248,000 nucleotides of DNA from Hyalangium minutum (lineage in GTDB: Bacteria; Myxococcota; Myxococcia; Myxococcales; Myxococcaceae). The position numbers and the translations under genes were made by a program. Positions 200,280-209,964 of this stretch are shown in pieces (position 1 is the first letter of the stretch; each line of letters starts with the position of its first letter). The notes under the pieces are model-generated. The model made no database searches and was not told the DNA's origin. It worked only from the letters and a program-made list of their open reading frames with translations. The stretch is from NCBI RefSeq assembly GCF_000737315.1, contig NZ_JMCB01000008.1, forward strand, positions 20,001 to 268,000. Direction: 5' to 3'.

Positions 200280-201314
200280 TTACTCCTTCTTCTTGGAGTT
200301 GCCGGATGGAGTCCCGCTTCTCCCCGCCGCACGGCGCATCTCCGCAGCCAGCCAGCCGCGAAACACGTACGTGCTTGTGAAGGACGGTTGCTCATCCGAG
200401 TCCACGCTCGCAATCCCCACGAGCGCACGTGCAGTCCCCTTCTCCCGAAAGCAGGGCCCTCCCATATAACCGTTGTAGAGCAACGCCCCCTGCTGTTCGT
200501 ACAGGATCCTTCCCTCCAGGGAGACGCTCTGGACCTGGACACGCCGGGAGTAGCGGACGCGCATGAAACCACCGATTGCCTGGGGGGTGTTCCGGACATG
200601 CCCCGCCATGACCAGGGCCTCGTTGCTCTGGACTTCCGCATCCGCCAACGGAACGCCTGAGTGCCCGGCCGCGACAGGCGTGTCCAGCACGATGGCCGCG
200701 AGATCCGCCTTGCTCGAAACAACGGCTCCCCGCGCATCGAGGCGAAGTTCCAGGTCCGGATGGGGACGAACCTCCCCTTGGTAGAGCTGAAACTTCACCT
200801 GCGTTGCCGTCTCCTTGTATTGCTTGTCCAAAACCTCCCCGTAGATCGCTGTTGCCACGCCGACACGTTTCGCACAGGCAGAACTGTCGATGAGCGTCTT
200901 CTCGATGGTGCCTGGTGTCTCAACTGAATGCGGCGAGCAAACACAGCTCCCGGCGGTCAGCACCAAGTGAGGGCTCACGAGCACACCGCTGCACTCCACC
201001 GAGTCCAGCGGGTTCCCCTTCGCGATCATCACGGTGGCGACGTAGCGGTTCCGGTCGTCCATCTCTCCGGCGTACGGGTCCATGTCGCGTTCGAGGACGC
201101 CAGTCTCGCGGAGCTGCTCGGTGGCGTCAGGAAGTCCCTCCTCCACCATGAGTTGCTCAGGAAGACTGTCTTCGGAGGCCGGCTCCTCTGTCTTGCTCTT
201201 GCAACCGGCCGCTCCAAGCCCCAGCGCCGCCATGACGGCGAAGAACAGCGTATAGGCTGCACGCGACATTCGGGGCTGGGGCATCAGGCCTCTTCCGGGG
201301 CTCGGGTGGAGCAA
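200280..201314 (-). CDS. Trypsin-like S1 protein, catalytically degenerate (lipoprotein)
   Basis: LTAGSC and GYMGGP replace AAHC and GDSGGP. Confidence 0.7.
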   Translation of the reverse strand: MLHPSPGRGLMPQPRMSRAAYTLFFAVMAALGLGAAGCKSKTEEPASEDSLPEQLMVEEGLPDATEQLRETGVLERDMDPYAGEMDDRNRYVATVMIAKGNPLDSVECSGVLVSPHLVLTAGSCVCSPHSVETPGTIEKTLIDSSACAKRVGVATAIYGEVLDKQYKETATQVKFQLYQGEVRPHPDLELRLDARGAVVSSKADLAAIVLDTPVAAGHSGVPLADAEVQSNEALVMAGHVRNTPQAIGGFMRVRYSRRVQVQSVSLEGRILYEQQGALLYNGYMGGPCFREKGTARALVGIASVDSDEQPSFTSTYVFRGWLAAEMRRAAGRSGTPSGNSKKKE

Positions 201315-201377
201315 GCCCCTCGGCTACAGCAACAACGGCGCCCCGCCCGAACACTCCAAGCGGGGCCACTCGGCAAG

Positions 201378-201944
201378 TCAGTCTTCCTTGCCGAGCATCC
201401 CGTCCTTCAGGTCATCGTCCACGGGCTTGGCGCCGAGCCACACCCCGAAGAGCGCGTCCGCGAAGTCCTTGCCCTCCAGCGTGAGCGCCTCTCCCGCCTT
201501 GCTCTGCACCTGCGTGCCCTTGCCCGGCACATAGGTGATCGTCAAGTCGTCGCCCTTCTTCAGATCCGGCACCGCGCCCTTGAGCTTCTCCAGCCGGTCC
201601 TTCAGCGCCGGCAGCGCCGCCTTGCTGTTCTTCTCGATGCCGTCCGCGATGGCGTCCGTGATCTTCGCCTTCTCCAGATCGCGCAACATCACCATGCGCA
201701 CGCGCTTGGTCTGATCCGAGCTGATCACCTGCGCCGCGTCCTGGCTCACCGTCTCCACGTAGAGCGCCGCCGCGTACACCTTGAAGATGGCCTTGGTGCG
201801 CAGCCCCGCTCCGTTCAGCTTCAGCTCCTTGCCCTCCACGGAGACCGTGTCGGGGAACTTCACCCCCGCCACTTCCTTCTCCTTGGCCAGGGCCGGCAGT
201901 GCGAGGGTCAGGGACAATACCAGGGCGGACAGCGTCGCTTTCAT
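201378..201944 (-). CDS. Chalcone isomerase-like protein
   Basis: LNGAGLR...FKVYAAALY. Confidence 0.82.
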   Translation of the reverse strand: MKATLSALVLSLTLALPALAKEKEVAGVKFPDTVSVEGKELKLNGAGLRTKAIFKVYAAALYVETVSQDAAQVISSDQTKRVRMVMLRDLEKAKITDAIADGIEKNSKAALPALKDRLEKLKGAVPDLKKGDDLTITYVPGKGTQVQSKAGEALTLEGKDFADALFGVWLGAKPVDDDLKDGMLGKED

Positions 201945-201981
201945 GGACTTCCTCCCGTCAGTGTGGAGCTACGACGCCAGC

Positions 201982-203070
201982 CTAGCCGTGTTTCTTCACG
202001 AACTGCTCCATGAAGGCCACCAGTGTCTTCACGTTGTCCACTGTCACCGCGTTGTACATGGACACGCGGATGCCTCCCACGCTGCGGTACCCCTTGAGCC
202101 CCACCATCCCCGCCTTCTTCGCCTCGGCCACGAACGTCTCATCCAGCGCCTCGGTCGGCAGCCGAAACACCCCGTTCATGTACGAGCGCGACCCCTTCTC
202201 CACCGGCGCCCGGAAGAAGTCCGCGTGGCGATCGATCATCCCGTACAGCAGCTCGCCCTTCTCCCGGTTCCAGCGCTCCAGCTGCGGCAGCCCGCCCACG
202301 CTCTTGATCCACGCCAGCACGTTGCGGCACAGGTAGATCGAGAACGTCGGCGGCGTGTTGTACAGCGAGTTGTTCTCCGCGTACGTGCTGTAGCGGAAGA
202401 TCTTCGGGATGTTCGTGCTCCCCTTCGCCATGAAGCCCTTGTCGATGATCACCAGCACGATTCCCGAGGGCCCCACGTTCTTCTGCGCCCCCGCGTAGAT
202501 CATCGCGAACTTGCTCACGTCGATCGGCTTCCACAGCAGATCCGAGCTCATGTCCGCGATCAGCGGCACGCTCCCCACCTCCGGGAACGTGTGCCACTGC
202601 GTCCCGTAGATGGTGTTGTTGCTCGTCATGTGGACGTAGGCCGCGGCCGGATCCAGCTGCATCTCCTCCTGCTTCGGGACGCGCGTGTACCGTTTGTCCG
202701 CGTTGATCGTCGTCGCGGCGATGCGCGACTGGCCGTAGTACTTCGCCTCGTCCCGCGCCTTCTCGCTCCAGACCCCCGTCATCAGGTAGTCCGCGCTCGT
202801 CTCCGGCGTCAGGAAGTTCATCGGCACCTGAGCGAACTGCTGCGAGGCGCCCCCTTGCAGGAACAACACCTGGTGCGTCGAGGGGATGCCCAACAGCTCG
202901 GTCAGCAGGGAAATGGCCTCGTTGTGGACGGCCTCGTACTCCTTGCCCCGATGGCTGTGCTCCATGATGGACATTCCGGTCCCCTGGAAGTCGAGCAGCT
203001 CTTCCCGGGCTCGCTCCAAGGCCGGCTGGGGTAGACCGGCAGGACCGGCATTGAAGTTGATGACGCGCAT
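201982..203070 (-). CDS. serC: Phosphoserine aminotransferase
   Basis: NFNAGP, GAQKN.GPSG, GGIR.S.YN. Confidence 0.96.
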   Translation of the reverse strand: MRVINFNAGPAGLPQPALERAREELLDFQGTGMSIMEHSHRGKEYEAVHNEAISLLTELLGIPSTHQVLFLQGGASQQFAQVPMNFLTPETSADYLMTGVWSEKARDEAKYYGQSRIAATTINADKRYTRVPKQEEMQLDPAAAYVHMTSNNTIYGTQWHTFPEVGSVPLIADMSSDLLWKPIDVSKFAMIYAGAQKNVGPSGIVLVIIDKGFMAKGSTNIPKIFRYSTYAENNSLYNTPPTFSIYLCRNVLAWIKSVGGLPQLERWNREKGELLYGMIDRHADFFRAPVEKGSRSYMNGVFRLPTEALDETFVAEAKKAGMVGLKGYRSVGGIRVSMYNAVTVDNVKTLVAFMEQFVKKHG

Positions 203071-203148
203071 GGCTGTGTCCTTTTAGGAAGGGAACCGCAC
203101 CGCCATTCTCTCCGACCGGCCTCCCAGGGCCAGTCAGAAGCGCACACA

Positions 203149-203778
203149 GTGTGCGGCACAGAGCGTGTGGCCGGCAGGGCATTGCGGAGGTCTGGAGGTC
203201 AGGTGGGTTCCTCGGAGGAACTGGCACAGTGGGTTCGGCGGGCCGCCGGTGGGGATGCGTCCGCCTTCGGTGAGCTGTACCGGCGCACAAGGCCCCAGGT
203301 GGCCCGGCTGACCGCCGGGTTCGCCACGCTGGACGCAGATGAGGTGGAAGACGTGATTCAGGAGACCTACGTCCGAGCGTTCAAGGCGCTCCCCCGGCTC
203401 AAGGACGCCACGGCGTTCGAGGCGTGGCTCCTGGCCATTGCCCGCAACCGGGCCCGCACCCGCCTGGAGCGCAAGAGCCACCTGCGGCGAATGGAAGAGG
203501 AGACCCCGGATCCCCAGCCCGAGGCCGTCCCTCCCCTCCCCGAGGCCCTCCAGGTGGAGCGGGACATTGCCGAGGTGCGTCAGCTCATCGCCGAGCTGCC
203601 CGAGGGCGAGGAAAAGAAGACCGTCCAGCTCTTCTACTTGGAGGGAGAGCTGTCCGCGCGGGAGATCGCCGAGAAGCTCGGCGTCGGCAAGAGCGCGGTG
203701 ACCATGCGCCTGGAACGGTTCAGGGCGCGCATCAAGCGGAAGCTGCTCCAGCGCGTGCTCGCCGGACGGTGGGAGTGA
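203149..203778 (+). CDS. ECF sigma factor
   Basis: EDVIQETY, AWLLAIARN, region 4. Confidence 0.88.
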   Translation: MCGTERVAGRALRRSGGQVGSSEELAQWVRRAAGGDASAFGELYRRTRPQVARLTAGFATLDADEVEDVIQETYVRAFKALPRLKDATAFEAWLLAIARNRARTRLERKSHLRRMEEETPDPQPEAVPPLPEALQVERDIAEVRQLIAELPEGEEKKTVQLFYLEGELSAREIAEKLGVGKSAVTMRLERFRARIKRKLLQRVLAGRWE

Positions 203779-203782
203779 TGTC

Positions 203783-204565
203783 ATGAAGCACCTCGATGCG
203801 CAGGCGCTCAGCGCGCTCGCCGCCAAGGACCCCGAGGCGGTGGCCTACTTCCGGGAGCACCTGGCCTCCCCCTGTGACACCTGCGAGGAGTTCCTTGCCC
203901 AGTCCACCACCGATGGCCTCGATGGCCAGGTCGACGCCCTCCTGCTCGCCCTCGCTCCTCGCAAGGCCGCCGCCCACGACGAAGTGGGCTGGATGCGCCT
204001 CAAGCGACGCCTGCGCACTTCTGCCCACGCCGGGCGCTGGGTCGGCGCGGCCGCGGCGCTGGCAGCCTGTCTGCTGGCGGTGGTGCTGGTACCCAAGCTG
204101 GTGAAGGCGCCGGAGCAGGCGCAACCCTGGAATGGGGTGAAGGGCTCCAGCCGCATTGCGCTGGAGCTGGCAGCGGTGGCCCGGGGCTCGGACGGACAGT
204201 TACGGCGGCTGGATCAGGGGGCGGCGGTGCCCTCGGAGGATGTGCTCCTGCTGCGCTACCACGCCACCGAGGCGGGCAGCGCCCTGCTCTTCCAGCAGAC
204301 GGGAGACAGGGAACCCGAGCTGCTCGGCAGCTTCCAGCTGGAGGCGGGGACGCATGATCTCGAGGGCCCGCAGGGGCTGGCAGGGGTGAGCCTCTCGGGC
204401 GAAGAGGGCCCTGTCACCCTGTGGCTGGTGGCCACTGCCGCGGGTGAGCCGCTGTCGCCCAATGAAGTCCAAGGGGTGCTTGCGGGCAGCAAGGGCCACG
204501 GGGAGAACCCGCTGTCCACCGCACGGTTCGACGTCTTCGTTCAGACCGGTCAGAATCCCCGCTGA
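203783..204565 (+). CDS. Anti-sigma factor: ZAS-like, TM, periplasmic domain
   Basis: HLASPCDTC; TM; GVKG. Confidence 0.7.
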   Translation: MKHLDAQALSALAAKDPEAVAYFREHLASPCDTCEEFLAQSTTDGLDGQVDALLLALAPRKAAAHDEVGWMRLKRRLRTSAHAGRWVGAAAALAACLLAVVLVPKLVKAPEQAQPWNGVKGSSRIALELAAVARGSDGQLRRLDQGAAVPSEDVLLLRYHATEAGSALLFQQTGDREPELLGSFQLEAGTHDLEGPQGLAGVSLSGEEGPVTLWLVATAAGEPLSPNEVQGVLAGSKGHGENPLSTARFDVFVQTGQNPR

Positions 204566-204568
204566 CCC

Positions 204569-206209
204569 GTGAAGCGCCTGCTCCTCATGTTGCTCGGGGC
204601 CCTCGTGGCCTGCGCGAGCCCCTCGGCCCAGGAGAAGGGCGGCCTGGTGCCGCTCCGACTCGATGAGGCGGCCCTCTCCACCGCCTATGCGCCCCGGCGC
204701 ATCGCCCTGTTGGTGGGCATCTCCGAGTTCCAGGATCCCCAGTGGCGCAACCTGCGCTACTCCGAGAAGGACGCCACGGATCTGGCCGCCGCGCTGAAGG
204801 ATCCGGCGCGCGGGCATTTCGATCAGGTGCGCATGCTCACGCGCCCCGAGCAGACGACGCGCGCGGCCATCCTCTCCGCGCTGCACGAGCTGCAGCGGGA
204901 GGCCACCCGGCCGGATGACGTGGTGGTCGTCTACTTCTCCGCGCACGGCACGCTGGCGAGGGACGGACAGGGCGAGCTGAGGCGCTACCTCGTCACCCAG
205001 GATGCTTCGTACCGCTCCATCTCGCAGACGGCCCTCTCCATGGACGTGCTGAAGGCGGAGTTCGACAAGCTCCCCAGCCGGCGGCGGCTGCTGGTGCTGG
205101 CCACCTGCCACAGCGGCAGCGGCAAGTCGCTGCTGCCCAAGGAGCTGGAGGCGGAGCTGACGGGCATCAAGTCCGGCTTCTACGCGCGCCCCCTGGAGGA
205201 GTCGAGCCGGGCTTCCATGGTGTTCGCCGCCTGCGACTGGGGCGAGACGGCCCGCGAGGACGAGGGGCTGCGCAACGACATCTACACGTACTTCCTCATT
205301 GAAGGGCTCAACGGCAAGGCGGACCGGAACATGGACGGCGCCGTCACCGCCACCGAGGCGCATGACTACGCGCGCCGCCGCACCTTCGCTTTCACCCAGG
205401 GGCGCCAGCGCCCGTCGGCGGAGATCCTCGAGGTGGGCGCGGATCCGGTGGTGCTCTCCGGCAGCATCAACCGCACGGGGCGCCCGGAGCTGTTCTCCTA
205501 CAACCCGCGGCTGGACGGCTTCACCCTCAAGGTGGACGGAGAGCCGCGCACGGAGCTGCCCGGCGGCACGGCGGTGGTCCCTGGCAAGCGCACCGTGGAG
205601 CTGACCAAGGGCGACGCGGTGCTGGTGCGGCGGGAGATCGACATGACCGCCGGCGAGCGCCTGCCTTTGGAGGAGCTGCTGTCGGACACCTTCCCGCGAC
205701 GCTCGCTCGCGCTGGTGGGCGGAGTGTTCTCCTTCGTGGACGGCAAGAGCCGCGCCGAGCTGCTGCCCGCCTCGCCCGAGGTGGCCGCGGTGCTGCGGCT
205801 GGAGGACAAGCCGCTGCAGGACTTCGCGCTGCTCCTGGATGTAGGCGGCATCCGAGGCCAGCACCGCCTGAAACTCGCGCCCGGCTCCGAGGTGCCCTTT
205901 GGCTACACCCGCCTCTCCGTGGGCGTGGGCATGCCGTATTTGTGGCGGTGGGACCGGCTGTCACTTTATGCAGGACCGCGTGTGGCCGCTCTCTACCTCC
206001 GGCGGTCCTTCCAAGTGGAGGCATTCACCGGTGGGCAGAACTACTTCACCGTGAGCCCGGGCGTAGTGGGTGGCATGGTGTGGCGGCTGGGTGACAGGCT
206101 GGAGCTGACCTCTCAGGCCCAGGTCATGCTCACGTACGTGGTGGTGGACGGACAAGGACAGGCGGTGGGGTTCACCGGCGGCTGGGCAGGCATGGGGTAC
206201 CGGTTCTGA
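204569..206209 (+). CDS. Lipoprotein caspase-family protease with beta-barrel-like C-terminus
   Basis: LVAC lipobox; YFSAHG, LATCHSG dyad; ends GYRF. Confidence 0.85.
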   Translation: MKRLLLMLLGALVACASPSAQEKGGLVPLRLDEAALSTAYAPRRIALLVGISEFQDPQWRNLRYSEKDATDLAAALKDPARGHFDQVRMLTRPEQTTRAAILSALHELQREATRPDDVVVVYFSAHGTLARDGQGELRRYLVTQDASYRSISQTALSMDVLKAEFDKLPSRRRLLVLATCHSGSGKSLLPKELEAELTGIKSGFYARPLEESSRASMVFAACDWGETAREDEGLRNDIYTYFLIEGLNGKADRNMDGAVTATEAHDYARRRTFAFTQGRQRPSAEILEVGADPVVLSGSINRTGRPELFSYNPRLDGFTLKVDGEPRTELPGGTAVVPGKRTVELTKGDAVLVRREIDMTAGERLPLEELLSDTFPRRSLALVGGVFSFVDGKSRAELLPASPEVAAVLRLEDKPLQDFALLLDVGGIRGQHRLKLAPGSEVPFGYTRLSVGVGMPYLWRWDRLSLYAGPRVAALYLRRSFQVEAFTGGQNYFTVSPGVVGGMVWRLGDRLELTSQAQVMLTYVVVDGQGQAVGFTGGWAGMGYRF

Positions 206210-207270
206210 TGCGCCAGACACTGCACATCGCGATGGTGGTCGGGCTGGCGCTCGGCGCGCTCGGGTGCGGAGAGCTGGAGAACGCCCCGTTCCGCCTCGG
206301 CACGGTGCAAGGCCGCCTCACGGAGAGCGATGCATCCGTGGCCCTGGTCGCCGTCATGGGAGCCCCCGAGCTGCGCAGCACCCTGGCGGCGGATGGGAGC
206401 TTCAAGCTCGAGCAGGTCCCCGCGGGGCAGGCCGAGCTGTTCATCATCGCCTCGGCGAGCAAGGCCCTGCGCGTGTCGCTGATCGTCCAGGGCGGGCAGT
206501 CCGTCACCGTAGGCTCGCTGACCCCCAAGGAGGCCAGCTTCCTCGCGTTGCGGCTGAAGGCTCCCTCGCACGAGCCCGTGGAGCAAGCGCAGGTGACGCT
206601 GGTGGGCACCCCCATGCTGCCGCTGCAGCCGGACGAGCATGGGCGCCTGAGCGTGGGGCCACTTCCGGATGGCTGCTACACGCTGAGCATCTCCGCCCCT
206701 GGCTTCCCCGATGTGGCGTCCGAGACATGCTTGGGCTCCGGAGAGACCCAAGAGGTGAAGGTAAACCTCCCCGCCCCGAGCAAGAAGTGCGAGCAGACGG
206801 GCTGCTCGCAAGGCTTCGTCTGCGCGCAGAACGGCCGGTGCGTGGAGTGCCTGGACGACTCGCACTGCGTCTCCGGGCTCTCCTGCCGCGGCATGCGCTG
206901 CGAGGGCGAGGCCCCCGTCTGCACCTCCTGCGAGGGGGACTGGCAGTGCGGCTCCAAGGCGAGTTGCCAGGAGTTCGCCGATGGCTCCAAGGCCTGCGTG
207001 ACGTCCTGCGCGAACGCCAATCAGTGCGAGGATGGCTTCACCTGCCAAGCGGGCCGATGCCTGCCCGACGAGGCCCAGTTCAATGGCTGCCCGGCATACG
207101 TCAAGCTGGGTACCTCGTGCGACAACCCGGTGCTGTGCCGGAACCAGGGGCTCGTCAACGGGCTCTGCGTGGGAGGCCGCTGCACCATCCCATGCGACAC
207201 CGGCCGGGTGTGCCCGGAGGAGTTCTCCTGCGAGAACACCAGCGACGGGCGCGTGTGCATCTCCGAGTAG
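206209..207270 (+). CDS. Lipoprotein with carboxypeptidase-regulatory-like and Cys-rich domains
   Basis: ALGC; many Cys repeats. Confidence 0.7.
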   Translation: MRQTLHIAMVVGLALGALGCGELENAPFRLGTVQGRLTESDASVALVAVMGAPELRSTLAADGSFKLEQVPAGQAELFIIASASKALRVSLIVQGGQSVTVGSLTPKEASFLALRLKAPSHEPVEQAQVTLVGTPMLPLQPDEHGRLSVGPLPDGCYTLSISAPGFPDVASETCLGSGETQEVKVNLPAPSKKCEQTGCSQGFVCAQNGRCVECLDDSHCVSGLSCRGMRCEGEAPVCTSCEGDWQCGSKASCQEFADGSKACVTSCANANQCEDGFTCQAGRCLPDEAQFNGCPAYVKLGTSCDNPVLCRNQGLVNGLCVGGRCTIPCDTGRVCPEEFSCENTSDGRVCISE

Positions 207271-207294
207271 CGGAGGAGCCCAGGCGCCTCCGCC

Positions 207295-208008
207295 TCACGG
207301 CGTGAGGATCAGTCCGTCCGCAACGCACTCGTCCACGGCCCGCCGCACGTCCTGCTCCGCCGCGCCCGTGGCCGCTGCCACGTCCGCCACCGCGAACCCC
207401 TCCACCGCCATCTTCAGCACCAGGAGCGCGCGATCATGGGCCGCCATGAACCACGTGTTGAGCTGGCGCGGGTGCCGCCACAGGAGCGCCATCTCGTCGC
207501 CCGCCGCCGGCGCCGGGGCCGCCGCCTTGCTCCGAACGTAGGCGCAGAGCCGGTACGGGTGCTGGAGCACCGCCAGCGTGGGGTTGACCGTGAGCCGCTC
207601 CACGCGCTCCGGTACCCGCTCCTCGGAGGCATACACCGCCCAGTCGGCCCACTCGAAGCGCGCGAGCGCGGGGAGGAACTCCGGCAGCCCCTGGTCCGCC
207701 GTCACATCCGCCACATAGGCCGGGAAGGACTCTCCCGCCTGGTTCATCTCGAAGTGCCGCGCGGGGCGCGTGGGGAAGTAGCCCTTCACCAGCACCTCCC
207801 AGCGCTCCGCCCCCACCACCGCCTTCACCAGTGGGTAGAGCTTCTCCACCACCTCGCGCACGTGCGCCTGCACGAACTCCCCATACAGCGCCACGCGCGA
207901 GTCCGGCGCCTCCCAGCCCGGGTGCGCCGCGCGCAGCCGCTCCAGCCCCGCAGGGTCCGCGAAGTACTCCGTCATCGAGTTGAAGAAGTGCCGCAGCCCG
208001 GGCCTCAT
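207295..208008 (-). CDS. DUF2063/HvfC-like MNIO partner protein
   Basis: RVALY, ELARFEW-like motif; downstream of DUF692. Confidence 0.8.
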   Translation of the reverse strand: MRPGLRHFFNSMTEYFADPAGLERLRAAHPGWEAPDSRVALYGEFVQAHVREVVEKLYPLVKAVVGAERWEVLVKGYFPTRPARHFEMNQAGESFPAYVADVTADQGLPEFLPALARFEWADWAVYASEERVPERVERLTVNPTLAVLQHPYRLCAYVRSKAAAPAPAAGDEMALLWRHPRQLNTWFMAAHDRALLVLKMAVEGFAVADVAAATGAAEQDVRRAVDECVADGLILTP

Positions 208009-208850
208009 CGCGCCACCTCCTTCAGCACGGCGCGCGCCTGATCCGCCTCGTCCAGCACCGCCTCCAGGGAGGGGATGTCCTGATCCCACTCGATCAGCGT
208101 GGACACCGGCCCGGTGCGCTCCACCACGTAGCGGTAGAGCGACCACACGTCGCCGGGCACGGGGCCGACATGGGTGTCGATGATGACGTCCGGGTAGCGC
208201 GTATGCCCGGCCATGTGGAGCTGCACCACGCGATCCAGCGGCAGCGCGTCCACGAAGGCGCGCGGGTCATACCCGTGGTTCTGCGCGTTGACGTAGACGT
208301 TGTTCACGTCGAGCAGGAGCCCACAGTCGGCCTGCTCCACCACGTGCCGCAGGAAGGTGGCCTCCTCCAGCGTCCCGCCCGGCATGCGCGCGTAGTAGCT
208401 CGGGTTCTCCAGCAGGAAGGGCCGGCCCACCCGCGCCATCACCTCGCGGACGCGAGGCACCACGTACTCGACCGCCTCCTCGTTGAAGGGCAGCGGGAGC
208501 AAGTCATGCAGGTACACCCCACCCAGGCGCGTGTAGCAGAGGTGATCCGAGAAGAAGGGCATGTCCAGCTCCTTCACGAGCGCGGACAGCCGGGTGACAT
208601 AGTCCTCATCCAGCGGATCCGGGCCGCCGATGTTGAGCCCCACGCCGTGCGAGAGCAGCGTCCAGCGCTCCTTGCAGGCCTCCAGCGTGTGCCGCGAACG
208701 GCCGCCCAGAGACAGGAAGTTCTCGGGGATGATCTCCAGCCAGTCGACCGTGCGCTCGGTGCGAGGCAGCGTCTCGTAGAAGCTGCGCCGGAGCCCGATG
208801 CCAGCCCCCAGTGGTCTCAACCCATGCCTCTGCGCGTAGCTCTCGGACAC
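208005..208850 (-). CDS. DUF692 multinuclear non-heme iron oxidase (MNIO)
   Basis: GIGLR, HG, SDH, LEN, DVNN, HMAGH, DTH, EWD ligand set. Confidence 0.92.
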   Translation of the reverse strand: MSESYAQRHGLRPLGAGIGLRRSFYETLPRTERTVDWLEIIPENFLSLGGRSRHTLEACKERWTLLSHGVGLNIGGPDPLDEDYVTRLSALVKELDMPFFSDHLCYTRLGGVYLHDLLPLPFNEEAVEYVVPRVREVMARVGRPFLLENPSYYARMPGGTLEEATFLRHVVEQADCGLLLDVNNVYVNAQNHGYDPRAFVDALPLDRVVQLHMAGHTRYPDVIIDTHVGPVPGDVWSLYRYVVERTGPVSTLIEWDQDIPSLEAVLDEADQARAVLKEVAR

Positions 208851-208928
208851 TGTGCAGCTCCTCGGGGAGAAACAACACGGGCGGCGGGAAGAGTCCTCCC
208901 CACCGCCCGAGCTCACTGCGAAAGCTGC

Positions 208929-209183
208929 TTACTTCTTGTTGGCGCAGGTGCCCTCGCCGCAGCTGGCGTTGGTGCCCTTGGCCTCGGTGGCACCCTTACA
209001 AGAAGCCTCGGTGCCCTTGGCCTCAGTGCCACCCTTGCAGGAGGCCTCGGTGCCCTTGGCAGAGGACTCGGTGGTGGCGGCGCCCTCGGTGGACCCCTCA
209101 GCGGCCTTGTTGGACGCACAGCCGGTGGCCAGCGCGCCGAGAGAGAGGGTACCAACGATGGCAGCCAGAGCCTTGACGTTCAT
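208929..209183 (-). CDS. Cys-repeat precursor peptide with lipoprotein signal
   Basis: LATGC; (AKGTEASCKG)x2, AKGTNASCGEGTCANKK. Confidence 0.8.
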   Translation of the reverse strand: MNVKALAAIVGTLSLGALATGCASNKAAEGSTEGAATTESSAKGTEASCKGGTEAKGTEASCKGATEAKGTNASCGEGTCANKK

Positions 209184-209231
209184 GGATGATTCTTCCTTTC
209201 GGGACTGCATTCGGTACTGCGGGGGGGACTG

Positions 209232-209870
209232 CTACAGCTTGAACTGGGTGGAGCCCCAAGCGTCCACCGACACATCGGCCATCTCGGCCACCTTGAGGAT
209301 GAGTGCGCCCGTTCGGTTGATCTTGTAAGCCTCAAGGGGAATCTGGAACTTGGCGCGCACGCGGAGCAGATCGCCCGGGGCGCGCTTGCCCGTGTCCTCG
209401 GACTCCTTCAGGTAGAAGGCGGTGACTTCCACCGGCTCCTCGCGCGTCACGCCGTGGATGGAGAACTTGCCCTGCGTCTTCAGCTTCACGGACTTGCCCG
209501 GCTCCAGCGGACCCGGCAGCACCAGATCCTTGAACTCGACGACGATGTCCGGGTACTTCGCCGCGTCCAGCCACTTCTCGTTCTGCAGGTGGCCATCGCG
209601 CGTCTCATTGCCCGTCTTGATGGAGCTGACCGGGACGGCGAGCTTGCCGGAGGCCTTGTTGCCCTCCACGGTGATGGAGCCCTTCACCTGGTTGGACAGG
209701 CCGTTGATCACTTCCAGTGGTGCATCCAGCACGAAGGTGATGGTGTCGCGGTTGTTCGGATCATTGAAGACGAAGGTCTGCTTGGCGGGAGCGGCAGGAG
209801 CCTTCGGCTGAGCGACAGCGGCCAGGGGCAGCAGGGTGGCAAGGCACAGCGCGGCGAAGCGTACGAACAT
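209232..209870 (-). CDS. YceI-family protein
   Basis: SIKTGNETRDGHL, FSIHGVTR. Confidence 0.85.
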   Translation of the reverse strand: MFVRFAALCLATLLPLAAVAQPKAPAAPAKQTFVFNDPNNRDTITFVLDAPLEVINGLSNQVKGSITVEGNKASGKLAVPVSSIKTGNETRDGHLQNEKWLDAAKYPDIVVEFKDLVLPGPLEPGKSVKLKTQGKFSIHGVTREEPVEVTAFYLKESEDTGKRAPGDLLRVRAKFQIPLEAYKINRTGALILKVAEMADVSVDAWGSTQFKL

Positions 209871-209964
209871 ATCGGCCTCTCTACGGATGCGGCTGCAAGG
209901 TGGATGCATGAGGTACGCGCGAGCGGGGATCCTGGTTACAGGCCGGAACTCGAATCTCCGTCCA

